From positions 11,780,001 through 11,844,000 of the forward strand of contig OZ234494.1 of the NCBI GenBank assembly GCA_965153455.1: a stretch of 64,000 bases of DNA, written 5' to 3'. Source of the stretch: Sphagnum compactum. Its lineage: Eukaryota. Below the pieces are notes generated by a model, which was given only the letters and a program-made list of their open reading frames with translations, searched no databases and was not told where the DNA came from. Positions 1 to 13,768 of this stretch are shown piece after piece; position 1 is the first letter of the stretch, and the number at the start of each line of letters is the position of its first letter. A program made the position numbers and the translations under genes.

Positions 1-469
1 AGGGGTCCAAAGAAAAAAACAAAACGTTTTATAACTTGGAAAGCTTATTTTTCTTATTTTTCTTCTTGTTAGTTTTTCATTACTCCTTTTCTTTTGCACT
101 TCAAAGGTGATTATAGGATATTTTTAGTAATTATGATTATTTAATGAAAATATGATTTTAATATCATTATCTAGTTTAAATTAATAATTAGCTTAGGACG
201 TTTGTATACTTGTAGGTTAATTAATGTAACCTATTTACATTAATATTTTAACATGAATAGTAAAATTTAAATATATAATACCTATTTATTATATCTATAT
301 AATTGATTATCACTATAATTATAATAAACATTTAATTAATAATTATGATTATTTATAATAAGTTTTAAATATTATCATATTAATTGATTTTGAATATTTT
401 TTGTTTGATCAAATGTACATTTTCTGAAAAAATATTCCAAAATAAAATAAAGTCAAACATATTTAAACC

Positions 470-1422
470 ATGGTTTAGTTTAATTTAATTTAGCATAATT
501 TAGTTTAGCAATAATTAATTTTAACCTAACTTAATTTAACCATTGTTAATTTTAACCTAATTTAATTTAGCCATAAATATTTTAGCATAATTTAATTTAA
601 CCATATTAATTTATCCTAATTTAATTTAGTTTAGCCATAAATATTATAGCCTAACTTGATTTAGCCATAATTAGTTTGGCCTAACTTAATTTAGCCATAT
701 TTATTTTAGCCTAGTTTAATTTATCTTAATTTAGTTTAGCCATAATTAATATAATCTAATTTAATTTAGCCTAACTCGATTTAGCCATAATTAGTTTGGC
801 CTAACTTAATTTAGCCATAGTTAATTTAAATTAATTTAATTTAGCCATAATCGGTTTAATTTAACAAATTAGGCCATGGTTAATTTTAGCCTTATTTAAT
901 TTAGCCATAATTATTTTAACCTAACTTAATTTAACTATGCTTAGTTTAGCTTAATTTGATTTAATTTAATTTAATTTAGCCATAATTAATTTAGTTTAGC
1001 TTACTTTAACCATGGTTAATTTAACTTGATTTAATTTAATTTAATTTAACTTAGCCATAATTAGTTTAGCCTAGCTTAATTTAGCCATGGTTAATTTAAT
1101 TTTTTAATTTATTTAGCCTAGGTTAGTTTAAGCATGGTTAATTTAACCTAGGTTAGTTTAGACGTTATTTTAAACCTCTTAGTACTAGAGGTACATAATA
1201 CTAATATATATAGCCTATGTAGATATATTATGTATAGTAATTTAAGTATGACACGTGTCCATGTTATACACATTTAGTTGCATGTTAGTTGCACACACAA
1301 CCGTATGGCCCAAAAATTATACAATACCGAATTTGTAGTTGCAAATATGACTAAGATAGTTACAACCAGTTGCATGCCAGTTGCATAGTGACTGGTTGCA
1401 AATGACAAGATTTCTAGTAGTG
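470..1422. mobile_element. Right end of a CACTA (En/Spm)-type element with AT-rich subterminal repeats
   Basis: Ends in TTCTAGTAGTG at 1412-1422 (reverse complement CACTACTAGAA); preceded by repeated AGTTGCA motifs and a degenerate TTAATTTAGCC array at ~470-1160. Confidence 0.55.
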
Positions 1423-1458
1423 AAGTCTTGACTTAAGGCAATAGAATATATAATATTT

Positions 1459-2095
1459 TCATAATCCATTATTTCTTAAAGCATTTAAAAAATTATGTAT
1501 CATTAAATATGTTGGTGTATAATGTATTTTTTCATTGTCAGAATCAAAGTTATCAGATGATGCATTATTATAAGTAAGAATTTGAGATTCTGAATTCATA
1601 TGCAAAGTAAACAAACTTGCCCATTGATGATGAATGTTAACATTCAAATATTTGGATAATAGTGTTTCAATTGAATCTCATAAAGTGACCATCACCATAT
1701 TTGGATGAACATTTTTTGACATATAAGGTGATTTGTATTCAAGATGTCATTTAATTAACACACCTATTGTTGTACCATCATGGGGTAAATGTGGTAGTAT
1801 TGATTGAGTTTGATCCATATTTGTAAGGACATTAATAACACTAACATGTATCTTATATTGCCCATTCCCTTGGAGTTTATAAATTTGAGCAAAAATAAGA
1901 CGTGGTGAAATAAGATGTTTTTCTAATTATGTTAATTTTTGGACTATGGAATAATTTTATTTTTAGAAATTTGATTTGGTACCTGATATAAAGGTGGTTT
2001 ATTTTTACTAATATTACGTAACAACTTGTACATATGTATGATGTTGAAGTAGGTTTTATTTGAATTCGAAAACATATGGAAAGTTGTCTTAACAA
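1459..2095 (-). pseudogene. Decayed Helitron/Helentron Rep-associated coding fragment (DUF6570-like)
   Basis: Minus-strand translation through stops gives LIFAQIYKLQGNGQYKIHVSVINVLTNMDQTQSILPHLPHDGTTIGVLIK*HLEYKSPYMSKNVHPNMVMVTL, matching the GQY..G.VINV...LP......I.V.LKR.L.YK..Y...NVRP pattern; a CxxC (ICTSC) lies upstream. Confidence 0.55.
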
Positions 2096-2514
2096 TTGAT
2101 TTGAAAAACATTTAAGTTGTTTTTAAAAACATAACCTTTCACAACTAAAACATGGAATTATGGGAACATTTTAGATTTGTTTATTATAAATGTCAATGTA
2201 TATTGAATTATGTGTATTTTTTAATATATTAACATTATGTTCTATTTTATTTGATTGAATGTCATGTTTTGTAAAAAGTTGTTGTGTGAGAATTGGTTCT
2301 TTAATTTTTTTTAGAATGCATTGAACATATGACAATTAAACTTTGTCATTTATGAAATATTCTTGTAATTATTTTAGTGTATATATATATATATATTTCA
2401 TGCGATTCATAATTTATAATATATGTGTAAATTTGAAAAAAAAATGATGCAAAGGAAAGGATAGGAATTTACCTCTTTGAATGTAAATTAAGCACTTGAT
2501 AATTTGTTGTGTAA

Positions 2515-3271
2515 CTATAAAAGACAAGTTTGAGTAGCTTCGTCCACAACCTTTGTTAAAATTATGTAATGTTGCGTTTTTAAATATCGATCTCCTTTTG
2601 TTGTTGTTGTCACATTCTTGATTAAAACCATTTCACAATGGCCTCCATTGTACGTTTCAAGAAATTGTTCATATTTTGTTTTAAAATTGTTACCAAGAGT
2701 AAAAACGTCTTGGTCAAATTCACCTTCTACATCTACAATCAACAATTTTTTTCATCTTTGCTATCCCCTACTCCCTTTACACTAATGACAATGACAACAA
2801 TGGTAGCAGACCTCCAATTCTAAATAAATTGTTTGAATCTTCTAATGGAATCCATGTGAAAAAACATTAAAATTAACTCAAGTTGGAATGTAGGAATTGA
2901 TGACACAATGGTTATCGACTCAATTATGATGATAACATGCATGTCACCCTTCTCAAAACTTCTTTTAGACATTGACTCAATGCTAAAATTTTCCACCTTC
3001 ACAAACATGCCTTTTTGCAAATGCTGCTCATGCATTTCTATATAAGGTGATTTCACCCTCAAAATGATTGTGGTCAGAGCTGCCTTGTTCACCAAATCAC
3101 AATGAAAATATGCATAGCCTGGATTTTCCATGCTCCTATTTACAAGTTGATCAAAGTGCCATACCTATTAAGCACCTTTGCTTCAAATGTAACATTTATA
3201 ATTCTGAAATCCAAATATTCAGTACAACAACTAATCTAGCTTCCTTCACTGGAACAATAGCCGTTCTGTAA
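2515..3271 (-). pseudogene. Decayed ORF upstream of the Helitron fragment, possibly OB-fold/RPA-like
   Basis: ORFs 2820-3131 and 2515-2745 are collinear, beta-rich pieces of one interrupted protein; plant Helitrons often carry RPA70-like genes. The fold is inferred only. Confidence 0.3.
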
Positions 3272-4389
3272 AAAATGAAATAAAAACTTATTAAAAGGAA
3301 TTTGACAACAAACAAATGAAATAACACTTGGCAAAACAAAAAGTTACAGAAGCACACGACAAAACATACACTTGTAGAAACACAGACTTGTAAAGGAAAC
3401 AACAAAACAATCAATAAATGGTGAAAGCTTAAACTAAACACATTATTTTTGTTGTGAAAAAAAAGACAACAAACATAGAATGTTATATTTATACGAGACA
3501 AAAAAGACCTAATTTAAACCCTAAACCTTTTTTTACTTTATATTAACTTTAAGTAATTTTGATTATAGACGATTTCAACTTAATAATAAAGGATCAAATC
3601 CATGGTTTGGAGGCTAAATTATGGTCTAACAACGAACAAGACATCAATACCCTTGACATTTTATAAATTTTAGTTATTGACTTTCAGTAATTTCAATTAT
3701 GGTAGATATTTACCATTAACCATAAATATTGATGAGCCATGGTTTGGTAGCTAGATTGTGGTTTAATAATGAGCAAAACATCAATACCCTTGGCATCTTA
3801 TGAATTTGAATTATGCATCTCATTCTTACACCCGAACTTTAAATATCTCAACCTAGATTTGAAAGATATTAATACATAAACCTTAAATTTTTCTTCACTA
3901 TTTAACCATTATTTTCATTTCACTTAAATATATTATTATTATTTGTTAAACCTCAACTTTTTAATCATGTTCATAAAAAAAAATTAGAAACAAAAAATTC
4001 AAATTTCTTTTTTTTCCTTTTTTGGTTAAATCTATTAAGTGTTAAATTTTTTTAAATTTTTTTTTTGTTCTTTTAGTTAAATTTTTAAAATGAAAATTTT
4101 GTGTTGAAATTTTTCCATTACCCCCAAAAAAATATATATATTATAAAATATTTTCTTAAGAAAAAATCTTCATTAAATCACCATATCACAAAAGGAAAAA
4201 GACCAAAAAAAAAAAAAAAAAAAACCCCATCCACGTTCTCAAACACCCCATCCCACACCACCAAAAGAATCATTCCTCAAAAAATTAAAAAGATCCCACC
4301 TTCTTGCCTTGCAAAACAAACAAATTTCTCCCTCCCGTGCCACCCAAGAAACAACCCTTTGGGTTCGTCCCCATCCCCAAAAAAATCAC

Positions 4390-5469
4390 CTAAGTTGATT
4401 AAAGTTAAACTAGGTTGAACCTAAATTAACTTAGGTTAAACTTAAACTAACCAAGGTTAAACCTAAGTTTATCTTAGGTTAACCAAGGTAAAACCTAGGC
4501 AATACCTAAACAAAACTTAAGTTAACCTAAATTCACTCAAACTAACTTAGGTTAACGTAAGCCTACCAAAATGAACCTAAGTTTATTTACTAAACCTAGG
4601 TTGGCCTAGAATTTTTTGGCATTATATATGCTAACATTGGCCTACCTAAAGTAATCTAGGATTGCTTAAGTTATGACATATGTCACGTCTTTGAAAATGA
4701 CTTATAATCATGTAATCACAATTGTAATCATATAATTGTATTGATGATAATAGTCATATAAATGCCAACAACAAGTGTCCACATCTAATTACATGATTAA
4801 GTTTGAACACTGATCATAGACTATTATTCATGAAAACCATGTTTTGGCATAATGTTTCAAAGAAGATCCTCAACCCCATTTGGAGCCATAACTACAACTT
4901 ATCACAAGACGGACTTGTTAGGTTTAACCTTTAGGATAAGCCTAATTTAAACTTATATGTTTATCCTACATTTAACTTAGGTTTAATTTAATTTAACCTA
5001 GTTTAACCTAAGTAGCTTAATTTCACCTTGTTTACTATTGTTTGACCTAATTTAACGTAGTTTAACCTAAGTAACTTTATTTAATCCAAATAACCTCATT
5101 TAATCTAAATATATTCATTTAACTTAATTTAATTCAAATTGGTACTTTGAGCCGAATTTAATCTAATTTTCTTGGGTTTGGTCTAAATTAATTAATTTCA
5201 CAAGTTTAACCTAATTTCATTTAAATAGTATAGTTTTACCCTAATTTTGTTAGGTAGCTTAGTCCAACCAAGTTTAATTTAAGTAAATTAAATTAGCCTA
5301 TTTTAACTTAACTATATTAAATTTAACCAAGTATAGGCAACTTTAACACACTTTAGACTAAATTGCTTAATTATGTCAAGTTTAAACAGATTAAGCCTAA
5401 TTTAGCTTAGGTGAATTAATTAGCTAATTTTAGCCAAATATAGATTATTTTAAACAAATTCTAGTAGTG
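4390..5469. mobile_element. CACTA-type element end with AACCTA/TTAACC subterminal repeat arrays
   Basis: Terminates in TTCTAGTAGTG (5459-5469), the same terminus as at 1422; dense degenerate short repeats at 4390-4600 and 4920-5460. Confidence 0.5.
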
Positions 5470-8401
5470 TTTTACTTGATTTGCCCTATAGGAGTTTTAA
5501 TGTGTAACTTTCATTCATTTTTTTCATCCATAGTTGAAATTTTGGTCAAAAGGTTTTTTGAATGTTTTTTTGGCCTATCCTTACATAATTAATGTTTTTG
5601 AAAGCAAATGATATCAACTTTAGGGCTTAGCCCCATATAAAAGTTAAAGAGTTTGTGGGCGCCACATTTTGTATTTAGCCTTTTTATGTTGTAGGAAAGT
5701 AAATGAATATTCATGAGGAACAATTTGGAATTTGGGAGGTTTACACAAGTTCCCATTTTGCTAGTCATTCCCCATTTGCTTCCCAATTCCTCATAGATTA
5801 TATAATGATTAAAAATTTGAATCCTTTTCTTGCCTAAGTGGCATTATTAATTTTTTGTTTCTTGTTGCCACCTTCATCGCCCTTTTTCACATTATTATTC
5901 AAGTATGTTTAGGAAGTGTCATTACTCCCAACATTTGAAGGTCTTGCCTTGATGCATTCATCCTTTGATTCATTTCTTTTATATTCCCAAGTCTACTTGA
6001 TTCACGTGCTCCAACATGCATAAAATTGTTGCACCTCCATGGCTAGTTTATGTATAGTTATGTACTTTGGGAATTTTCAAACCTTTTGTTTCATCTCCAA
6101 AAAGGCCAATATCTTGCAAGACAATTAAATTAGTTGTTGAGTTCGTTTTATGCCTTTATTGGCTCCTTGCCTAGGCATTAAAAAAAAATTCCTACATTTT
6201 TCATTAAATTAATTTAGGTTCCTTGTTTTGTTGTAGGGTGGTTGTTTCTCCCTTTTCAATAGTTGTTATTTTTGTGAGATTTTCATTGCTAATTTGTCAC
6301 ATATAAATACTTCATAAAATGTTAATGTCCGGGTCTAATAGTAGCTTTCATTAAGCGAATTACTTTAAATGTCACATTTTATTTTTCAAATTCCTCTTCC
6401 TTTTCACCATCACTTTTCGAACTTTTCATCTCTACAACCATCTTCAAATTTCCTTGGTGACTATGCCATGGGGAAAATTTCTCCATCACCCACTCATGTT
6501 TAGTTAATTTGCATATTGGATCTATTTGTTATTGCAAGGAATCCAACTTGTCATGACTCTACGTTTGTTGTTTATTGATCAAATGGAAAAAATTGTTGTT
6601 CTTCCTTGCATTTTCCATCATGCTCATCCTTTGTTCTTGCTAGAGATTTTGGGATTACACTTACCTTTTAGTACATTTTTTTATAGTTTACCTTAATGAT
6701 GTGGTGTGTTTCACAAAATAAACCTCTTTAACTTTATATTTATTAACCATTTCCATTAACCCATATTTATCCACATGTAGACCAACATTGTTATTTTTTG
6801 ATTCTTGTGTTCCTTCATTTTTTATTTCAACATTCTTGTGGTATTATTTTGGGCCTCTTCTTTCCACAACAACACATTTTGGGTTTTGTGATTGACCATT
6901 ACAACTACATATTAGTTAGGAAGAACATATGTGACTAGTGACTAATGAGTTGTTAAACCCATGTCATTTCACCCGTTTAATCACAAGGGACGTTTAGTTG
7001 CAAAGCCTAATCGTTTATAGCAACTAGGATTTACATTTTTTTATAATAATGAAATTCCATGTCATCATTAACTTGGTATGATGTGTAAAGTGCATGTTGT
7101 CTCAACTTAGTCATTTTATTCAACTAAGTGTTACAAAAGACACCTTGATAGATGGATGATATGTGTCAAAAATCTATAAAACATGTTATGAATCATTGCA
7201 CATTACCAAAAATCAACCTAGTTTAACCCCATGTAGCTAACATAGCCAAAAGGCAACTTAGCATAACCTAACTACATCAAGCAACCTAGCCTAATTCACT
7301 TAGCCAAAAGTCAACTTAAGTTAACTAGCTAGCTAGGCTAACTACCTATGCTAGGCAATTTAGGCAACTTAATTTAAGTTAGGTGACTTAAATTAAAAAC
7401 AAATGTTGGATTCCTAACTCAAGAAACGTAAATTAAGCTACTTAGTCTAAACCAAGTGGCGTAAGTATCAAAGGTTACAAGAGTGAGAACTTGAACCTTT
7501 CACCTTCACTTTGGGGTTCAAGTTTTCATCCGTTATGCTACCACATTTTCTTATACTAATTATATTGAACAAAAAGTTATAAAACTCAAAAAATTTAGCT
7601 TTGAAGTAACTTTGGCCACCCCAAGTTGATTTAGGTCAACCTACTTATTATCTACCAACCTAACCTATATTTAAACCTCCCTAGGTTGATTTAAGATGAA
7701 CTGATTTGTCAACCTATATTACTTACTAACCTAGCCTAAGTTAACCTAGGCATTCTTAGGCTAAAAATTTAATTAATCTCAGATAATTATGTTGCATCTA
7801 GTCACACATCATATTTACATCTAATTGTATAAACTTCAGATGGTTACAAACTTAATAAAATATTTTTTAATGAAGCTACTTAGGTTAACTTGGCAAAAAA
7901 CCTAAAGTTAGGAATCACTTGATGTTGACAAATAGGACCGCATCATCTTATTGGCATATAACATGCCATGTCATCATCATGGGAGATAAATCGTTATTAG
8001 TTGCAAAGTGGATGGTTTTTGCAATTGACTAACTACTAAACAAAAATTGAAAAATAATATGATAATTTACCAAAATATCCAACAAGTTGTCATATTGACT
8101 ACAATTGCAAAACCATGATGCTATGTGGTGTGTTAATGTATTTTGCTATTACTTAGTGATTGTTATGACAAAGTAGTTATAAATGCGTTTAAAAAAAACA
8201 ATAGTTATGTTTGTGTCTGATTCAAAAAACAAGATTTGTTGTAGTGAGGGTAAAATTTTGGACTTGCATCTTGATGCAAAAAGTTACATTGAGGGATTGG
8301 ATATCATTTCTAATATAGTGATCAACCAATAAATGCCTCATTTGATCCAAAGTAGCGTATGAGTCATCATGTTGACTAATAGTCAAATATTTTATTACCA
8401 C

Positions 8402-8531
8402 CATAATGCCAGAACATGTCTTTTATGAGTGGCCTTATTCAACTATAATCATTTTTCTAATCATTTAAAAAGTTGTTTATGACATCGTAATTGAATATGA
8501 CAAGTTGTAAAAGACATGTTTTGGCATTGTG
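8402..8531. mobile_element. 130-bp miniature TIR element (CACAA/CACTA-like termini)
   Basis: Left CATAATGCCAGAACATGTCTTTTA versus reverse complement of right end CACAATGCCAAAACATGTCTTTTA (22/24 match). No TSD seen. Confidence 0.55.
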
Positions 8532-8929
8532 TGCACGTGGGATGCCACATCATCATGTTGTGAGATTAGAACTTGTTATTTTAGTCACAAAAGTTAAGGT
8601 ATTTTTAATTAATTAATTTTAATTAATTTAAAACATATTATTATAATTTAGAAAATAAGTTATCTATTAAAAAAAGCCCAATAGTCATCATATTAATTAC
8701 AATCACAAAACCATGACATCACATGACATCTCAATGACCTTTGCAATTACATAGTGATTTTTGTGATTAAGTAGTTACAACTATAGTCGACAAGGATAAT
8801 ATTCATTTCTTTGATTGATCAAAAAACCCATAATGTGTTGTTGTGTTCCTTGATCTTTCCTTTTTGTTTTTTCTTGTCTACACTTACCCCTCTTCTACCT
8901 CTCGATCCAATCAAGTGTTTTGAGGCCTT

Positions 8930-9743
8930 CCTTTTCACCCAAAAGGCCTAGTAATCACTTAATAAATGTTGCAAGTTGCCATAAAAGTGGTATATTATTA
9001 AATATTTCTCAAATTTTAATGTGACATCAACTTTTCCCGATTCATTCCCAAAATGTCAATTGTTGATACCTAACCAGATTCATTGTCCATTTTATTGTAA
9101 CATATAATCTTTGATTTCATTTCTTGTGGTTAATTATTAAAATCCTCTCCCAACACCCTTCAAACATGAGCAACAATTTGCTTATCAACATGTCTATATT
9201 CCAAAGGTAGCATTTTGAAGGTGCATCATACTAAAATTTGTAGCCCATGTGGGTGCTCTAGGTTGAACAATTAGGAACCCTCTCTTGGTAGATTGTTGTG
9301 CCCATGAATGTTCTATCCAACTGTTAACATTAACAATTTCACAATGCCTTCAAGCATTGTGAAGTTTAATAATATAAACCTTTGCCTAGCCTCCATTTGA
9401 AAATTGATCACATTTATGAACATCATTCACTTAACAATAAATGAACAAGGATGTTAAAACCAATAAAATTGCCAATGATTGTGTGTTACAAATGGTAGTT
9501 GATTTCTTACTAAAGGATCTCCATTGACATCTCCTCTTGTGGTACCCTATCAAATTCTCTAATTAACAAGCTCATGTGGTTGCGGAACATGACATCCAGG
9601 AACATTTCATTTGGTGAACTTTGGAAAGGGTTGAGTTTCCCTATTTGCATTGGATTCACATTGAGGGTTTCCATGAGCCTATTAACTTTAGTCATGTTGA
9701 TATCTCCAATAATTTGGGCTTTTTGTGTGCCCTTTTCCATCAT
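8930..9743 (-). pseudogene. Highly decayed plant L1-type ORF1 relic (tentative)
   Basis: Interrupted minus-strand coding-like sequence ending in YHFYGNLQHLLSDY, resembling a mutated CX2CX4HX4C knuckle. Confidence 0.3.
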
Positions 9744-10671
9744 CCATTTGTTTTAGGGATTCAAGATTGAAGGCCATTAACACCTTTTTGAAAGACAACA
9801 TCCCTCTGGGAAGCCCCTCCCAAACCATGATTAGCAAAACTAAAACCTAAAACGTTAAAACAAACAAACCTTTGAACCTTCAATGTTGTCGCCATTTAAC
9901 ATAACCCCTATTGCTAAATAAGAGTGGTCAAAAGTTCATAATATAGAAGAATTTAATTAACAAAAACAACAAAAATAAAAATAGGAACAACACAAGTTTA
10001 ACAATCTTGATTGATATCACAATAAACCAACACACCATCTCTTGTGCTTTTCAAAAACATCCATTGCTCCTCTTGCTATAGTCTTTTTCACATTAACCTT
10101 ATTTCAAATTCATGGTTAAAGTTTTTTCCACATTAAATTTATTTCAAACCCAAGGTATTATGGGGAAGATGTTTTGAATATATGGGATCATGATATATAC
10201 TTAGTGCTATTTAATCTATGAAAACTTGATTGCATTTTATATTGTCATACCTTTTTCTCTTTTTTTTGGAATTGTGGATACTTGATAAGTAATATATTGA
10301 TATTTTTTCACTTTCTAATGTTGCATCATAGGCTAGCATCACAAGAGGGATTTAACATTAAATTGCGAAAGGTTTTCAAAGCCTATTTATAATCTAATTA
10401 ATTTGAGTTCCGCATCACAATGTTTACACCCCTCGCCTATTAAAGTGATGGTCTACTAATGATGATCAACTATTTTTTATTTTTAATGTTTTCGTAGAGT
10501 TTTCAATAATTCATCATTATTTATGTTAACGTCAAATTTAATTTAAATGAATATACATTTCATGGACATGAAAAGACACATATTTAATTTTTTTTCATAT
10601 CTATGTTGGTGGAGAGGGGTAAAAAATGACGTAGTTATAAAATGGAAGTAGTCAGTAGCAAAGGTGGAAGA

Positions 10672-11113
10672 TCTATCTATGAAGGAAGGTAGTTTGTTTT
10701 GTTGTGTAGTTATGAGACCCACCGAATTGGGATGCTTCAAATCATGTTTTTGGTGTCTTTGGAAAGCTCTTGATGAGAAGGGGTGCATGGGCTTGGTTCC
10801 ATGACGTTTGGACTCATGGTGCAAAAGTTCTTAAATATTGAATGATTTTTTCACTGAAAATTAAATTAAATTGTAGCTGAAAATTTCGGAGGAATTGGAG
10901 TGTGCCTTTTGGTGTTGTTGGAAAGATCTTGATGAGCAGGATTTAATGGAATTTATTTGGTAAGATTTGGATTCAGAATGTGGGAGATATTGATTTTTAA
11001 GTGATTTATGTGGTTGAAAAATTCAAATAAATTATAAAAAACCAGGTTCTGGAAGGAAAAATCAGTTGAGGAGGATGTGGTAGCACTTGGGCTGATGGCA
11101 TAGGCCACACTAG
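10672..11113 (+). mobile_element. Non-autonomous Helitron (~440 bp)
   Basis: A|TCTAT start at 10672 and CTAG|T end at 11110-11113, with a GC-richer imperfect hairpin (GGGCTGATGGCATAGGCC) just upstream of the end. Confidence 0.65.
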
Positions 11114-12007
11114 TAGTTATTAAGAAGGTATTAGGAAAAGGAAATACTTATTAAAAAAGAAGTGAAATAGTTAGGCTTGAAAATGAGGTAATTGTTTCTA
11201 AAATTGTCTTTGGAATGGTCCATGGATGACCATACAAAGGATTCCGAAAAAACCCCCATATACTAGTTTCGATTATTCATCACTAAAATTTTAAAAAATA
11301 TTTTAAAAAAATGCTAGCAAACTAAAATCAGAATTTAAATGTGATAAATAAATTTCAAAAACAAAAATGTGGCAAAATTTGGAGATTTATTTTTCAGAAA
11401 AACGAGAATATTGGGACATAGATATTATTGCTTTAATACTCATTTTTCATATTTTGAAAAAAATAATTGCACCAAAAAAACACTGCTGCTGCTTGGTACA
11501 TTTAGTTTAATATTGAACATTAAGATATTCGACATTTAAATAATGAACCTTGAACCAAAAATTGCTATCTACTACTACACACAATATTTTTCCCATCTAT
11601 AGGATTTGAAACCTTTGAAGAGGAAATCAACTAAGGATTCTATAAACATTAATTTTCAACTGTTGAAACCTCCATGTGGAATCATTGCCTCTAGTTTCAC
11701 AACTTCCACAAATTGACAATGCCAATTGTCAATTTGTTTTTCAATCAAACTAGTTGTTTATGCCATTTCATTGTAGCCATGAGTATAATTGTTTTATGTC
11801 ATTCCCATATGAATTTCATGATTAAAGTCAAGGATGGATGATCAAAATTTCAAAAGATCATACCAAAAAAAAATGGTCAAATTTTGTCATATCAAATCAA
11901 TGAATAATAATGAAAGATGCACCCAATGGTTGAAACATTTTTTAAAGGATAAATTATAAGTTCAGACATTCGGTGTATTGTGTACTTACACGTGTTCAAA
12001 GGTCTTC

Positions 12008-12302
12008 ATTTTGTAAGGACCAAACCAACATAGGCCTATTTTGTAAAGACCTAACCAACATAGTAGACCTAATATGTAAAGACCCATTTTGTAAAGACCT
12101 AACCAACATAGTAGACCTAATATGTAAAGACCCATTTTGTAAAGACCTAACCAACATAGTAGACCTAATATGTAAAGACCCATTTTGTAAAGACCTAACC
12201 AACATACTAGACCTAATATGTAAAGACCCATTTTGTAAAGACCTAACCAACATAGTAGACCTAATATGTAAAGACCCATTTTGTAAAGACCTAACCAACA
12301 TA
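12008..12302. repeat. 48-bp minisatellite, ~5.5 near-perfect copies plus one degenerate lead copy
   Basis: Unit CATTTTGTAAAGACCTAACCAACATAGTAGACCTAATATGTAAAGACC; explains the 16-aa periodic ORFs on both strands. Confidence 0.95.
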
Positions 12303-12711
12303 AATCAACATAGACTAACCCTAGTTATTCTTCATGACTTTGGTCATACCTCAAGAAGGCTCAGACCCAACATCCCAGTTAGTTACCAACAAATGAGCTG
12401 GAAGTTTTGGTTGATATAGGAGATGTAATTGATCAATATGAGTAGGTAGTTACCAACATTATTTAAAACTCATCAAGAACAAAAGGCCAGAAAATACTTC
12501 TTATACAGCTTTTGAGAACCAGAGGGAGCATCATAAAATTTTGACACTTGGCAACAAGAGCTACTTACTACTCATTGAAAGGATTTTTTGGGGGAAAAAT
12601 TCACTAAAATTGATAGATTTTATTAAATATTTTTTTATTTCTGAAATCGCCATATTTAGGCTCTTTAGGTCCTAGCAAGTTGTCAAAATGTAATAAGATT
12701 CTCAAACTTTT

Positions 12712-13041
12712 GGGCCTTGCCTTGGTAGGCCCTTTATTGTGTTTAGATTCATTATAGAGTATTATAGTAGCTTAAGGGAATTTGGCCCCTAGGTAATAAA
12801 TAATAGGTCTATTTTTTACATGAGGATTTTTGAAGGATGATATTTTGGCTTGTGTTGAAACTTGAGATTAGTTATAAAGTTATAATTATCTTGAATGATT
12901 TTAGTCTCTTTTTTCAGGATTTTGGAAGATTATATAATTTTTGCATGGTGAAATATTTGAGTTTTCATAATTCTTCTTTTGCCTTAAGATACTTTTAAAT
13001 TAATGTAAATGGCAAGGCCACGGTGTGACACACCCCTTTGT
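12712..13041 (+). mobile_element. Non-autonomous Helitron2/Helentron-like element, copy 1 (~330 bp)
   Basis: 5' GGCCTTGCC (12713-12721), subterminal inverse GGCAAGGCC (13011-13019), 3' hairpin GGTGT-GAC-ACACC; sits in T-rich sequence splitting another repeat; homologous to 17820-18156 and 39883-40217. Confidence 0.65.
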
Positions 13042-13768
13042 TTACTTTCCTCTCTGACCTGTAGCCAAAATTTTGCTAATTACTCTTGTGCATGATTGCC
13101 AATGAGGCTACATCCACAAAATTGAGAAAAAAACAAGGCAATGGCATGTTAGCTACTTATGAAAGGAAATAAATATGGGTTGTTTTTGGCGGTATTGAAA
13201 AAAGTAAAAAGCAAAGTATATCCAATATTCTCTCACCCATTACCATTCACTGACATAAATTGATTCATATTTATTTATTTATAAAATTTTGAAATTATTA
13301 CATTCTCACGATCTATTATGATGTGGTGTGGTCATCCGAGGAGTGAAATTATTCCGATTGTAACCTGCTATAATAATTATGATGGTTTTTTCAGTTCACT
13401 ATTTTCAGGATTATTTAATGATGAAACTGACCATAGGGGTAAAGCACACCATATGTGTGCAGGAAAAAAAATGTTATGTCCAATGAAATTGCTAGATCTG
13501 GTTGTTTTTGAATTTTTTTTTTCTTTGCTATCTTGAGTGAATTAACAGTTAAAATGTGTAATATGATAGGGTTTGGTAGGTTTGTGAGAATTTTAGAAGA
13601 CCAATAGAAATGGCCGATTAGGGACCATTATTTTCAATATTCAAGAGAAACGGTTATGTGTAGACTTGAAGATTTATTTTTTCAGGCCAATGGGATTGTT
13701 GGATTTGGTGGACTGAAGTTGTTTTCTTAGTTAACTTGAGGGAACTAATAGGTAGTTCAATGTTTACC

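Noticed and set aside
5600-6900. Decayed retroelement-like coding relic
   Set aside because: Too degraded to support a call; the same applies to ~30300-31040 and ~45000-45400.
11973-12419. Cys-rich repeat protein ORF (DPFCKDLTNIVDLICK)n, or a CRISPR-like array
   Set aside because: A plain 48-bp tandem repeat with no unique spacers; the ORFs are a by-product and lack an ATG start.
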